From: Octopus sinensis
Taxonomy: Eukaryota
DNA: 64,000 nt
Direction: 5' to 3'
Assembly: GCF_006345805.1 (NCBI RefSeq)
Contig: NC_043009.1
Coordinates: 30,938,001-31,002,000 of the forward strand
Of the stretch, positions 21,470 to 34,719 are shown piece after piece. Position numbers and translations under genes: made by a program. The first letter of the stretch is position 1. Every line of letters starts with the position of its first letter. Under the pieces are notes generated by a model. The model was given only the letters and a program-made list of their open reading frames with translations, was not told the DNA's origin and searched no databases.

Positions 21470-21775
21470 TGGGGTGGGGGAGTAAGCCGACAATGTCGAC
21501 CCCAGTGCAGAACTGGTACTTACTTTAAAAAGCCCCAAAAGATGAAAAGCAAAGCCAACCTCAGCAGAATTTGAACTCTGGGCATGAAGATAGACAAAAT
21601 ACCATTCAGCATTTAAACCTGGCATGCTAGCAATTCTGCCCGCTCCCCACCTTACATTGATTTCAAATTTTGGTACGATGCCAGCAATTTCAGAAAAGTG
21701 GGTAAGCCAATTACATCGACCCCCAGTGCTCAACTGGTATTTATCCTATCGATTTTGAAAGAAGGAAAGACAAAG
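21470..21775 (-). mobile_element. Two family A SINE copies
   Basis: GACCCCAGTGC..AACTGGTAC/T and GAATTTGAACTC motifs, repeated. Confidence 0.75.
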
Positions 21776-21789
21776 CTGTTATGTCCCAC

Positions 21790-23590
21790 ATTATGAAAAC
21801 ATATTTTGTTGTCTCTACAGAACTGGCCCGAACAGTGTCCCTCACTGACTGTATTTTGTTATTTGGCACATAGGCCATGATACAGAGGGGGATGGCACAA
21901 GGACAGAGAGAACACCACAGTGGGGACAAAAAACATAAAATGAATGAATGAGAGTTGGATAATAATCAAATGAGGATGTAATGGCTGCTTGAACCCCACT
22001 CTCAAGCAGTACCATTTAACTGTTTCAATACAAAGTTTTTATATCATTTTTCCTTCTTTTTTCCCCTTTTAGTATTGCATGAATAGTCTTTAAAACACTT
22101 TAAAAGCTTATTTACGCTTTACCATTTTATATATGGCAACAAGTCATTGTAATTTATATTTGGCAGTAGGTTGTCAAACTCTACCCTCACTCCTATTGGG
22201 TCCACCTTGTTTTCAAACAATTCCTTTAATTTTTTGTATCCCTCTTTGTCTATTACTATGGCTTTTGTACTTTCTGGGTAATGTTCCATTGGTAATTTAA
22301 CTCTTATCACCAATTTAAATTTGGTCATTTTCCCTTCTATTTTTGTGTTTTTTTGCATATGTTACCATATGCCATTTGTTTCTTCCAGGTCTTTTGACTG
22401 TTCGTTCCTGCAGTGGAATTTGGTTGTCTGTGATGGTTTCCTTTCTTTTTCCTTCATTGTTGGTGCTGCTGAAGCTTCATGTAGTGAAAAATGTGTACAT
22501 TCTATTTCACCCTCCTTCTTTTTCTTTCTTGGACTCTTCGGAGGTGAGTTTACTAGTTCTTTGCTTCTTCTTTTGGTTACCTCCATAAATGGTTCTTCCA
22601 CTTTCGTGCATTTTTCATTTTCTAGGTCCACACTTTGGCATTTTGCTTCTGTTGGCTTCTCTCATTTTTATTTTCTCTCTGGGGACACTTTACTCTAATA
22701 AGTCCTTTTTCGCTGCATTGACAGCAAGTTGGTTGCCTGCCTTCTACCACCACTCTCAGCCTTATGACTTCCATTAGTATTATTTCTTCAGCAATTTTAT
22801 TTAGATCTTGTTGTCCAACCTGGATGACCATTTATAGTCCGTATCCCCAGCAATTTACTTTCTTTGTCCTTGTCACCTTTAAAATTTTGGTGACTTCCTC
22901 AGTTTTATGCATTACAACTGCCACCAGCCACGCTTCTTTGATTTCTGGTGGTACTCTATCTATTCTCACTCTGGCGACCCTTTTGCCACAGTAGGTAGGT
23001 AGAAGTACCCAGTTTTCCATCTTCAGTGTCACAGTGGAGTCATTTACTGCCTCCTATTCATTGGCAAATCTTACTTCCACTGCACCGTATTTTCTGCCTC
23101 TTGTATAGAATGTTGTCAGGTGCTTAATTTCCTTCAGACATTCTTCAATTGCTTCTTCCGTAGCTATTTCTATTTTCTTTGTGGTTGTCGATAGAGTTCT
23201 GAACACCACTGTTCTTTTCTTGGTACTTGTTGTCACCTCTTGTTGAGGGGTCAGCTTTAAACGGGATCTCTCCTTCTAAATCAGCCTGTAGTATTCCTTC
23301 AGCTTCTTCTATTGAATTTTTATTTCTCGCACTTCTAGCAAATCTGCACCTTTCCCAGCTGCTGAAGCATAACTCCCACCATGTGCTGGAAGTGGTTCAC
23401 ATTCCAGTTTTTCCTTTTTCAGTTACTTTGCCCCAAAATGGGGAAGAAAACAAACACAAAATTTAACAGGCCCGCAGGCAAAAACAGCAACAGAATTTAA
23501 CATATTCAACAAAACATGGTTCACCTGCACGGGAAGAACCTTCAACAAAGGTACAACAAACTATAACATGACTTACATCAACCGGAATCA
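21790..23590 (-). mobile_element. Decayed gag-like ORF1 (L1/Tx1-type) with zinc knuckle and no ORF2 seen
   Basis: Track ORFs 23054-23236, 22832-23032 and 22622-22831 are collinear in one frame across single stops; one frameshift leads to 22362-22631 and 22119-22358. N-terminal GGSYASAA (about 23375), RRM-like segments, knuckle CCQC-SEKG-L-IRVK-C (CX2CX4HX4C with H to L). Confidence 0.75.
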
Positions 23591-24028
23591 AAAATGATTT
23601 AAAACCAACAAAAATACCTTGCTGACTGACACCACTGACTGTGTCAGTCCACTGGGGGCATCCACCACAAAAAAAGCTGACCCCAGCAGAATTGCAACAG
23701 AGAACATAAAGGCTGATGTAATGCCATGAAGCATTTTGGTCAGAATGCTAAAGCCTATGCCAAATGATATTAGTTTGAAGTTTTGGTACAAGGCCAAGAG
23801 TGCCAGGGATAGGGTACAGGAACTACATCAGCCTCATTGGTCAAATGTGACTTACTTTATCGACCCCCAAAAGGATGAAAGGCAAAGTTTGACTTCTACA
23901 GAATTTGAACAAATGTCTAATGAAATGTCACTAAGCATGTTGCCAGGTGCGTTAACGATTGTGCCAGCTCACCACCCTAATCTATACTGAAACGGACATT
24001 AAACAGCACCCACACACTCGTCATTCAG

Positions 24029-24204
24029 ATGAGAATATATAGCATATTGCGGACATTTACACTGAGATGAAAAACTTGGGAAGAATTGCTACCTCTTTTG
24101 ACAAGAACAGTCTCATGAGGCAGCGAATGCCTTTGATCATTTGCTCTGATGGTTCAAGAACAACAACGACGTCGACGATGATGTGAAGATTTTCAATCTC
24201 TCAG
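24029..24204 (+). pseudogene. Candidate decayed exon
   Basis: gtcattcag| to TCAG|gtgaaa. With two frameshift and two stop repairs it reads DENIxHIADIYTEMKTWEELLPLLQEQSHEAANAFDHLLxWFKNNNDVDDDVKIFNLS. Weak. Confidence 0.2.
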
Positions 24205-24309
24205 GTGAAATACAATAGATTATATGGCTTACAGTCACAAACTATAGACAATGATTGCAGAGAAGCTATACAACTTAATGTCTTGGTGCTTGTTCAACAG
24301 ATGCTGATC

Positions 24310-24729
24310 ATTACCATGGTGGTGATGGTTATGATGATGATGATGATGGTTATGAAGATGATGACGAAGACAACTATGATGACCATGGCAGTGATGATGA
24401 CTATGATGATAAGGATGATAATGATGATGATGAAGACGGTAATGATGATGATGCTAATGGCAAGAGTGCCTGGCATATATATTTTTTCAAACAATCAGGG
24501 AATCACACTAGATACATACACATAATATATATGTCTGTGTGTATGTGTGAGTATATATATATGTATTTATATATATGCATATATGTGCATATATATACAT
24601 CTATATATATATATATATATGTCTGTGTGTATGTGTGAGTATATATATATGTATATGTATATATATATGCATATATGTGAGTATATATATATATGTATAT
24701 ATATATATATGCATATATATACATATATA

Positions 24730-24774
<45 letters not shown>

Positions 24775-24880
24775 CTGTATTGCTATATTTATCTATCTAT
24801 TTATATGTATGAATGTATATTTACATTTTTATGAGTATGTATGCAAATAACCACACACACACACACACACACACACACCA
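24310..24880. repeat. (GAT)n tract followed by (TA)n/(TG)n/(CA)n tracts
   Basis: Visible simple repeats. Confidence 0.9.
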
Positions 24881-25809
24881 AACAGACACACGTATATATG
24901 TATCAGTGTTGCGACCATAAATGGTATGTCTGGTATTTTAATATTCCAGACATTTCTTTCACCATTTATTCCGTCTCCGCTTCCATAATAGTTCCATGGC
25001 CAAAGGTTAATAAGTGTTTATGTCACCACACACCATCTGATGTATCTCTGCAACTACGCTTCCACTTATCATATATTTATTACTTATGATTCAACCATTT
25101 TCCTTTCCTAATTTGATTTCCTTTTCTGGCAGTCACCAAGTGGTGCGCACAACATACACACTGACACGGCATGACACGCAAATCACACTAATAGATTAAT
25201 AGATAGCTTGTCTCGATCATTAAGGATAATTACAATTAAAGTGGTAGAGGGACAGGGAAGGAGGAGGGAATGATGATAATGATGATGGTGATGAGAACGA
25301 TGGCGATAAGGGTGATGACAATGGTGGTGATGATGATGACGATGATGATGGTGGTGATGGTGATGATGAAATAAATCAAAGTATTCACACATGCCTAGTA
25401 GTCATTTAATCCACCCGAGGCCAGTTGTAAAAGGAAGAGTTAACTCTGCCAGAATTTAAACGCAAAACAGAAAAATTTATATACTTTTGAGGCATTCTTT
25501 TAAGATTGCTATCTCTGCCATTTCACTATAATGATGATTTCTAACAACAATAACAACAACGACAACAATAACAACGATAACAGTAATGATGATTATGACA
25601 ATCATGATCGCAATGGTGGTGGTGGCGGTGATCATGATGATGACAATGGCTTCTGATTACAGAATGAGATGAGTAATTTTCAAGTGAAACATCCTCAAGG
25701 ATCATGGTACTCCTAAGATATTTGGCGAATACTTTATTCTATCGACCCCCAACAGGATTTGAGTACAAACATTTAAAGGACCATAGCTAAATGTTGTAAG
25801 CTATTGTTT

Positions 25810-25873
25810 TTTGATGCTCTGAGAATTTTGCTAAATGATGATGATGGTGATGATGATGATTACTACGACAACA

Positions 25874-25904
<31 letters not shown>

Positions 25905-26040
25905 GGTTGATGATGATGATGATCACAATGATGATGATGATGCTGATGATGACGATGACAACAACGATGATAATGACGACAACAATGATGATGGCAACGA
26001 TGATAATTATAATAATTATAATAATAATGGTAATAACACG
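25810..26040. repeat. (GAT/GAC/AAT)n trinucleotide tract
   Basis: Visible. Confidence 0.9.
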
Positions 26041-26470
26041 TTTTACTATAGGCACAAGGCCTGAAATTTTGGGGGATGGGGCTAGTCAATTACATTGACC
26101 GCAGTGTGTAACTGATACTTATTTATTGGACCCCAAAATGATGAAGGGTAAAGTCAACCTCGGTGGAATTTGAACTCAGGATGTAAAGACAGATGAAATG
26201 CCACTAAGCAGTTTGCCCGGCATGCAAACAATTCTGCCAGCTCACCACCTTAATAATAACAACAACAACAATTCTCTGTAACTTTAGCACAACAATTACA
26301 ATTTTGAGGAGAGGAGGCAAATTGATTATGTTAACCCCAATATATGACTGGTATTTCATCAACCTAGAAAGGATGAAATGCATGGCTGACCTTGGCAGAA
26401 CATGAACTCAGAAAGTAAAAATTTAGAAGCAATGCAGCAAAGCGTTTCCTCTAATGTACCAACAATTCTG
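26040..26470 (-). mobile_element. Two family A SINE copies
   Basis: GGCACAAGGCCTGAAATTT...GGTGGAATTTGAACTCAG...ATTCTGCCAGCTCACCACCTT; a second, degenerate copy at about 26290-26470. Confidence 0.8.
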
Positions 26471-26489
26471 GTTTCTAAGACAAATACAA

Positions 26490-27360
26490 GATCATCAGTT
26501 TCTTGATTAGGAATGCAATTACTCCCTATGGAATTACTGGTATCAAGTACAGAAGAGTGACCGGCGAAGTTAATTTCTACATTATTCAAATATAGAAGGA
26601 CAAACCTAAAATATTTAGCAGACTGCCTAGAGAGAACATATCTGGGTTACCTACTGCATGATACAAACAAACTCAAGTTGGTATTAGCATAATTAATGCT
26701 AATTAATTAGTTAACATTTCTCACAGAGTGAGAAGAGAAAAATCCTTGTCTTCATTATTAACTCTCATTAAGAAAGTAAAAAAACATATACCCAGAATTT
26801 AAATCCTTTTGATGAGGCTTCATAAGGATGGAACATATTTGAAGTTAACACTATGCTGATAAATGTCAATAGCATTCTTTACTGCAAATGATTTAGGATT
26901 CCTTATCATGCTATGTTAAGAATGTTTGGTGCCTACTTTACTATGAAATATATATTCTGGGACTCAACTGATTCTTGGATGGCAAATGTTGTGTTTGTCG
27001 AAAATGGCATCAATCTCTCAGACTGTCAGCTGGTGCACATCGTTTTATTTATTTTGGAAATTCTTAAAATAAAAGAAATAATTACAAGAACAATAATAAC
27101 ACCTGGAAGAAGAAAAAGGTGGTGGTAGTGGCGGTGGTGATGCTAGTGGTGAACAACAACAACAACAACAACTACAACAGCAGCACAATAAGTTTCTGTT
27201 TCATATCTATATATCATTTATACAGACTCCGATAGAAGAAAAATATTAACTCAACATTGTAGAGATGAGATTTAAGAGAAAAAAAAAGAAATGAACAAAA
27301 ATATTATGGAAGAGCGAATACCACCATTAATGTCAGAATATTTCAGGAATTCTTCCAAAG
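26490..27360 (+). pseudogene. Cluster of exon-like segments (about 26490-26676; 26897-27119; 27227-27360)
   Basis: WNYWYQVQKSDRR/KLISTLFKYRRTNLKYLADCLERTYLGYLLHDTNKLK (one frameshift). IPYHAMLRMFGAYF.. (open, after gatttag|). DSDRRKILTQHCRDEI*EKKKEMNKNIMEERIPPLMSEYFRNSSK between tatacag| and |gttatc. Confidence 0.25.
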
Positions 27361-27869
27361 GTTATCAACAGTTTTGATATTTGAAACCAAATTTATTTAG
27401 TAAATTTGAATTAAATATGTGTATTTTGTTAGACAACAGTCTGAAGGAAAACAAAAGAAAATGAAACAACGTCAAAAGAATGGAAAAATAGTTCAGGAAT
27501 TCTTCGGTAAACCAGTCCTGTGTGATATATTGTGTTCCACTGATTCTGATTTCTTTGAGATGAAGCATAACAGTTTCAGGAAAATGGGGCAATAGAATTT
27601 TCAAGAGCTACAAACGAGAATTGAAACCAAGGATGGTTGCTACTAGAATGCGAATGTAAAAATGAGCAAGCCGAGAATTATAATAGTTGTAGTAGTAGTA
27701 GCAGCACCAGCACCAGCGGCACCAGCAACAGCAGTAGTAGTAGTAGTAGTAACCATCTCTTGCACGAATGCAGTAAGCTAGCACAAAAGAGTATAAGTGC
27801 AGGCATGTACAAGAGTGCACGGGGATTTAAGCTGATTGTATGTATTCAAAGTAACAGAAAAGTGTTATG

Positions 27870-28330
27870 AACATGAGTGAGAGGCTGTGATAAAGAAAAA
27901 TATTTACAGGATCTTATGGGATTTGCTGATAAAGACCATATTATTGAAGAAGACCAGATATGAATGTAGAAAACAAAAGAAACATAGAGAATAAGATTAC
28001 AAACTTTGAAATACCTTATGATAAAAGAATGGCTACTAAAGACAGTTGAGAAAATATTTTGACCTGAGAGAGAGTTAAAGAGAATGTGGAAGACTAAGCA
28101 GACAATGATTCTTGTGGTATTTAATGCACATGACACAACAGCCAAAATACTATTTAAGAAGCTGAAAGATATTGCAGTTGAGACTTGCATTGCCAACCTG
28201 CAGAATAGTGAAATCCTGTATTCAGCAAGAATCCTAAAAAAGATTCTTGAGATTGGAGGAGACGTGTTGCTATCAACCCCCAAGACAACATCCCTGCTAA
28301 TATCATATGTAATAATCTTAGTGGTAATTA
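27870..28330 (+). mobile_element. Old R4/Dong-like LINE 3' fragment
   Basis: KYFDL/RELKRMWKTK..ILVVFNAHDT..LQNSEILYSARILKKILEI corresponds to KYKDL..EVTRMWNLK..IIVGALG..IQKITLLGTAHILRRTL in the younger copies. Confidence 0.7.
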
Positions 28331-30699
28331 TCATAATCATAGTTTAAAATTCTTGCACAAGGCTAGCAACTACACAGTGAAGGAAATTTTTGGTCACATG
28401 GTTCTCAGTACTTGAATTCATCTTATTTTAACATGTCTTTGGAAACACAAAGTAAGCAGGTGTTTTGCCAAGAGAAGTGACAAAAACGACACATATGCAT
28501 GCATACACACAGGCACATGCATGCATGCACATACACATGATGAATGCCTTTAAGTTTCTGTCTACCAAATTCATTCACAAGGTTTTAGTCAGCCAAAGAT
28601 GCAATTTGAAAGCAAGCTACTTAACTACACATCCATGCCTGCACCTGTGTGTGTGTGTGTTTATACACACACACACACGACTTAAAAGTGGATTATGCTT
28701 TCGAACACACAATACAGCAATAATTATCATGATAGAAACTCTCACATGGTTACTTGGTTACTGCTATTTCCACTAGTTTAGTATCTACCATTGACAAAGC
28801 CAAAAGAAGCTGGTATCACATGACCTAGTAGTCCTGACAGTGGAAGCAGCAGTGATTGTTACTGACACTAACTATGATGTGCTTTAATGCACTGGAAAAC
28901 TATAGGAGAGTTTCTCTCATGATAAATATTGCAGTATTGTGTGTTCTAACACAACAACCACTTTTGAGTGGAGATAAATTTTACCTGTTTTATAAATACC
29001 CCTCTCCTCTCTCTTTCTTTATATAAATATATATATACACACACGAATATAAATATTTATATCTATGTATCTATATGTATTTTATGTATTTCTGTTCATA
29101 ATGATTGTTCTATCAGTTTCAATGTTGAGTATTTATTTATTTAGTCAATTAAACTAGCTACTCATTAAATCAATTTGTAAGTGGCTGAGTATACCATAGA
29201 TATATACAGCCTTAGCATAACTTCACAGGATTAATCAATGTGTCAAAATATGTGACAAAGCTAAACCAGAGCTAAAAATAAAAGAAAAACGAATTAAAAT
29301 ATAGACGGAATCTCATTCATTTAAGATTTGTGCCGAGAAAGCCAGCTACATAACCAACTACTCCAATAGTTACTGCTATACACCTAAAGTTATAGCTCTG
29401 TTACCATATCTGGACACCTTAGATTAGTTTGAGGCTGTTAGTTTCGTAACCAGGTACCCAATAATTATAAATTTAAAGTGGAGTCTTGAGACACCCTAGA
29501 TTGGTTCATTAGAGACAGAATGTTGCTTTCCTTTCTTTTATCGTTAATATTATTTTAACATTTGCTGGGCAACTGATTTACATTGCTGTAGATATCTGCT
29601 CGTCTCTGTCTGAGTTCATTATCTTTAGTCTATGTTATATAAGTATGTATGTATATAGGAATGAATACATACGCATGTATGTATGTACCAAATATGATGT
29701 TGCAAAATTGTATATATGTCTGTGTGTATGTTTACAGATGTTTGCATATGGATGTGTGTGTGTATTATGTATATGTGTATACATATTTATGTGTGTATAC
29801 ATATGTGTAAATATATGTGTATGTATGTGTGTGTGTGTGTAAATGTGTGTATGTATGTGCATGATGTATATATATATGTGTCAAATATGTATACAAATAT
29901 ATATGCAAATATGTATGTATGAATGTATGTAAGCATGTATATATATATGTATGCCTATGTGTATTTGTTTATACATTTATTTACAATCATATCCCGCCCC
30001 CACCACCTAATAAACTGAAGTCATCGTGACTAAAACAATTTTATGTAGTAGATTAACGGCTGACACCTCATGTGTTCAATGTTTCTACATGTCTTCAATT
30101 GATTTGGAAATATGTCTAACTGGAACTAAGATTGTCAGAAACCATGATCTCTTGTCTGACCTTTTATCAACTTTTCTCCATTGGATATTTCAAAAGTCTT
30201 TTCAGATCCTGAAAGATGATTCTAACAACTACATTGTTATTAGGTCTCCTTCCAATATAATTTCTCATTCAAAGCAGTATTTACTTCTCCATTGTGACAA
30301 GTATGTCTCTGCAAACATTTTAGTAAGAATATATGCAATGCTATTAATTTACTTATCTGAGTGGTATTGTTTGCCAGGAAACGCTGTAGTTTACCAAATA
30401 TGATGTTGCAAAATTGGTTAAGCTCCTTCTGAAATGAGTCTTCAAATCAAGTTCAGTTCTTGATCTTAACCATTTTCACTGATTCTACAGATGCTTTTAC
30501 TAAAGGCATTAAAGTTAAGATGCTAATTATTATTCATATTGAAATTAATGGAATGAATCCCTTGTTCACAAACGACTCTGGTTGTTATAATTTCAGTAAG
30601 TGGTTATATATTTGGGAAAATAGGCAATACATAAATACCTTTTAGAATATATTCAGGGAGTTGTAAAATAATGATTCCGAATAATTTGCTTCTTCAGTC

Positions 30700-31060
30700 C
30701 CCTTTCAGTGCTGGTTTCACATTAAAAGCACTGGTGCTAGTGTCATGTAAAAAAGCATTTGTGCTAGGGCCACATAAAAAGCATTGGTGATGTGTCACAT
30801 AAAAAAACAAGAGTGCTGCAGCTATGTCCAGTGCACTGGTGATTGTGTCACATAAAAAAGTAGAACCATTAGCATGCAAAGCAAAATGTTTAGCAGCATT
30901 TCATTTGCATTTATGTTCTGAGTTCTAATTCCACCAAGGTCAACTTAGCCTTTCATCATTTCAGAAGCTATAAAATAAGATTACATAAACACTGGGGTTC
31001 ATGTAATCAAATTACCTCCATCCCCAGAATTGCTGGCCTAGTGCCAAAATTAGAAACCGT
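30700..31060 (+). repeat. ~40-bp sub-repeat array (G/TCA(C/T)ATAAAAAAGCA core, family C-like) followed by a family A SINE
   Basis: Four imperfect units at 30715-30870, then GCAAAATGTTTAGC..GAGTTCTAATTCC. Confidence 0.6.
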
Positions 31061-31074
31061 AATTGTTATTATTA

Positions 31075-31590
31075 TTGAGTGAAAGAGCAGCACATGCCAT
31101 CAAAGTGACACTGGGGTACAAATATACATAGCCCAATGTACTCATCATGACTACCTGTCTGATAAGGGTACACCAAGCACATACATCACAACTACATGTG
31201 CCCGACATGGTGATCTCATATCAAGATAAGCAGCACATGACAATGCAGGTGGGGCCCAGTCAGAATTTTTTCCAGGCTAAGTAGGTCATCCCACTCAATT
31301 GATCCCTGAATAAGTTTTGTTTAAGGAAGTTGAACAAAACATCCATGTTTCCAGAGATGAATTATTCAAACCCCAAAGAATTGCTCTCAACAGTTGCCTT
31401 TGATGCTCCCCCACTACTCCTGCCCATGATCAAGGATTCACCTATCCTCAGCCATCAGGATGCAGATGACTAGCAAATCTGTAGTATTGAACAAAAAAGT
31501 GCTATAGCCCATCTTTTACACCATGACAAAACTTGTACATGATAAGATATCCAATCAGTTAAGATAAGAACCAATGAGTGTCACTGTCAG
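31075..31590 (-). mobile_element. Long SINE-like repeat (family D)
   Basis: Matches 14345-14612 and the reverse complement of 40590-40905. Confidence 0.7.
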
Positions 31591-31852
31591 GTAATGTATC
31601 AGGCCATTATTATTATTATTATTATATTATTATTATTATTATTATTATATTATTATATGTTTGACTTTTGCTTTGTATTTGTTCTAGTTGGCTCTAAGTC
31701 TCACCCAGAGACCTCAAGAGACAAGTTAGAAATTCATGTTGGTGTTATGCCTAGGGTGTCATATATTTGGTTTTGCACATAGTATTGTTCTAGAGAATGT
31801 TTAAGAAACCATAAGAAAATTATAAGTTCTTATTATTATTACTATTATGGAA

Positions 31853-32053
31853 GGCAGCAAGCTGGCAGAATAGTTAGCACACCGTGCAAAATGCTTAGCA
31901 GTATTTTGTCTCTCGATGCATTCTTAGTTCAAGGTCGACTTTGCCTTTCATTCTTTTGGGGTCGATAAATTAAGAACTAGTCAAATACTGGATTAGATGT
32001 AATAGACTATCCCTCGCCCCACAAATTAGGTCTTGTGCCTATAGTACAAAGGA
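31853..32053 (+). mobile_element. Family A SINE
   Basis: AAGGCAGCAAGCTGGCAGAATAGTTAG head, AAGGTCGACTTTGCCTTTCAT core, (ATT)n tail. Confidence 0.8.
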
Positions 32054-32096
32054 TTATTAATATTGTTATTATTATTATTATTACTATTATTATTAT

Positions 32097-32697
32097 CCCT
32101 TCCGCCTTACAGAAGGTGGAGGTATTGTTTTCAGTTGTGTTTGTTTGTTTCTTCGTTTGTCCATGGACAAGATATCTGAAGAACTGCTGGATGGATTCGG
32201 ATGAAACTTTCAGGGATGTTTGGCCTCAGAACTGGTACAAACTGATTAGATTTGGGGATCGATCCAGTACCGGAAAAGGATTCTGGATTATTTGTTATAT
32301 TTACTTTACTTTACATGATTATGATCTTACGTTAACTTTCAAGTCTTTTTCAGTTATCTCCCTTTAGCTTGCAACTATTTTGAATGGTGAATTTAACATT
32401 GGCTTGTATTAGATAAGGATAAACTATTTATTGCTGTTACTAAATTCTCTACAGCCACCTTCACATTCCATGGCAACCATTGGCATTGATCAGGTACCGG
32501 GCAAGGATTCTGGATTGTTTTTCCGTTCTTTTTTTAACTTAATTTTTCAGAGTGCTTGGGTTCATTTTTAGTATTCTCATTTGTGAGAGCAGTCAAGTTT
32601 ATTTCAGATATTCTCATTTTAAAAATCATCTCTAGTTAATTGCCAAGAGGACGTTTGTGTTGCCCTGGGGGAAGTTAGCTCTCTTTGAGTGCTCTTG
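32097..32697 (+). mobile_element. Helentron-like non-autonomous element, longer copy with extra internal segment
   Basis: CCTTCCGCC..GGTGGAGG 5' hairpin; body near-identical to 13969-14330; about 190 bp extra between duplicated GATC(C/A)(A/G)GTACCGG..AAGGATTCTGGATT motifs. Confidence 0.7.
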
Positions 32698-32698
32698 A

Positions 32699-32775
<77 letters not shown>

Positions 32776-33004
32776 TATTATTATTATTATTATTACTCTA
32801 TTATAAGTTCAAATCTCAGTGAAATTTGAACTTTGCTTCTCATCCTTCCAAGATCAATTAATTCGAGTACTTAGCAACTACCGAGATCATTAGTATTGAC
32901 TAACTCACACATTTCATAATTGCTGGCTTTGTGCCTAAATTAGAAACATTTATTGTAACTATTGTGATTGTAGTAATTGTTGTTGTTCTTCTTCTTCTTG
33001 ACAG

Positions 33005-33180
33005 TGGTATTACTTACAGGACTACTGTTACAAACTTGAGAACCTGCAGAAGATAAATAAGTTACTGGATACTTCTCAATATCCTAGATTTAATATGAGA
33101 ACATGTCATATTTAGCAACGAGAAGATAGCCATTCACTGTGAACGTATTACTGATTAGCCAATATATTGCTCTCCGTATA
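33005..33180 (+). pseudogene. Candidate exon, open for 36 codons and then interrupted
   Basis: Strong acceptor ttgttcttcttcttcttgacag|; reads WYYLQDYCYKLENLQKINKLLDTSQYPRFNMRTCHI*QREDSHSL*. Confidence 0.25.
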
Positions 33181-33596
33181 AATTTCAAGTATGATAAATT
33201 TATTCCTTAAGGGAACCAAGAGATAATCTTTGCAGCTTGAGAATAAGAATATAACTAATGACTGCACATGCATGCATCTTTTAATATGCACATTTCTGCA
33301 TGACTATGTGATAGACAGGAACACGTGTCAAGAAAGCTGTCGTATCTTATCAAAGTGTGTATGAATATAGATACATGCATGCAAATGTACAAATACATAT
33401 CTACATGTGTGTGTGTGTGTGTGTCTATATGCACATGTGTATGTGTGTGTACATATGAATGTATGTGTGCAAGCAGATTATTATTTACTTTTATTTCTAG
33501 GTTCCTTGCCAATAGAGAAAGAGTTGGTTTCTAACCTAGACCCAAAGTTCCTTCACTGAAATCTCAATAGTAGTAGCAGTGAAATTGTGTGCATGC

Positions 33597-33647
<51 letters not shown>

Positions 33648-34399
33648 CAGGCATGTATGTATATATGTTTATATGTATGCATATGTGTATGTGTGAGAGT
33701 GGTGAGTATGTATGACTATGTTTGTATAAAAACATGTATGTATGTGTATATGCAAGCACTTTGTATGAGTGTTAGACCTTATTTTGTTTTATGCATGCGT
33801 ACAAACAGTTACATATCCAGACTTGTGTATATATACATGTATGCTAAAGTTTATGAAAGTTTTACATATTTTTACAGTTCCATTGATGACATAGATCTAT
33901 AATCTTTTAACTAACTTTCTCCTTTCTGACAGGAAATTTTAGATGACTTGGTCAGTAGATACATGAGAGGCTGAAAGAAGGGTTACAGGCTATAGAGTTA
34001 GGGATTGAGACGAATACAGGGAATGGTGAACATGGCTGGAGATGTGGTCAGTGAGGAATCTCCATTTGAAGAGAGGTAAAGGAAAATAGAAGTGAATCAG
34101 GGATGTGATGGTGACAGGTGAGAAAACATGCAAGGTGTGTGTATATATATATCTGTATGTAAATATATTTCGCTGAAGTGTATACTGTTTCATAAGATTT
34201 GTATTAATCTGTTTGTCCAAATTGCAACATGACCTAATGACACTTTATCAAACTGCTATCTTAACGAGCTTGTAAATGTGAAATTTAATTGATTACATAA
34301 GTTGGTCAAGTAAATATAATCATACCCTACACTACACATTGAGTACACTCTCTCTCCCTCTCTCTCTATCTCTTATTCCATTATTGCACACAAAATGTG

Positions 34400-34715
34400 T
34401 GTATGTGTATGTGTGCATCCATTTTCTCTACCTATTATTCCTGGCGAGATCAGTGGGTTAGAATCATCAGGCATCTCTTCTATACAGCCCGATCAAAAGC
34501 AACCACCATTACACTGGCTGAATTCCCAAGCCTGACCAATGATGACTGAGTTTATTATCCAACCATCTCAATCTTCGTTCACCATAAAGTCTCCTACCAG
34601 TTGGCTTGGCTCAAGGAATTCATCTTGTAATCCTTTCCTGTGCCATTCTATTCACATGTCTGAAGTACTAGAGCTGTGATCTGTCAACTGGCAGAGTAAA
34701 TTTACCTGTATGTAA
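34400..34715 (-). mobile_element. RTE-clade LINE 3' fragment
   Basis: QLQYFRHVNRMAQERI..AKPTGRR..RLRWLDN matches RTE L.W.GHV.RM..GRP.LRW.D. Confidence 0.65.
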
Positions 34716-34719
34716 GAAC

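Noticed and set aside
26897-27119. Faint resemblance of IPYHAMLRMF to a recalled CCDC162-like protein segment
   Set aside because: Based on unreliable memory of a short motif, and the other exon candidates do not fit. No gene symbol assigned.
30700-30880. CRISPR-like short direct repeats
   Set aside because: Eukaryotic context, degenerate units without unique regular spacers, no cas genes. It is the minisatellite of a retroelement family.
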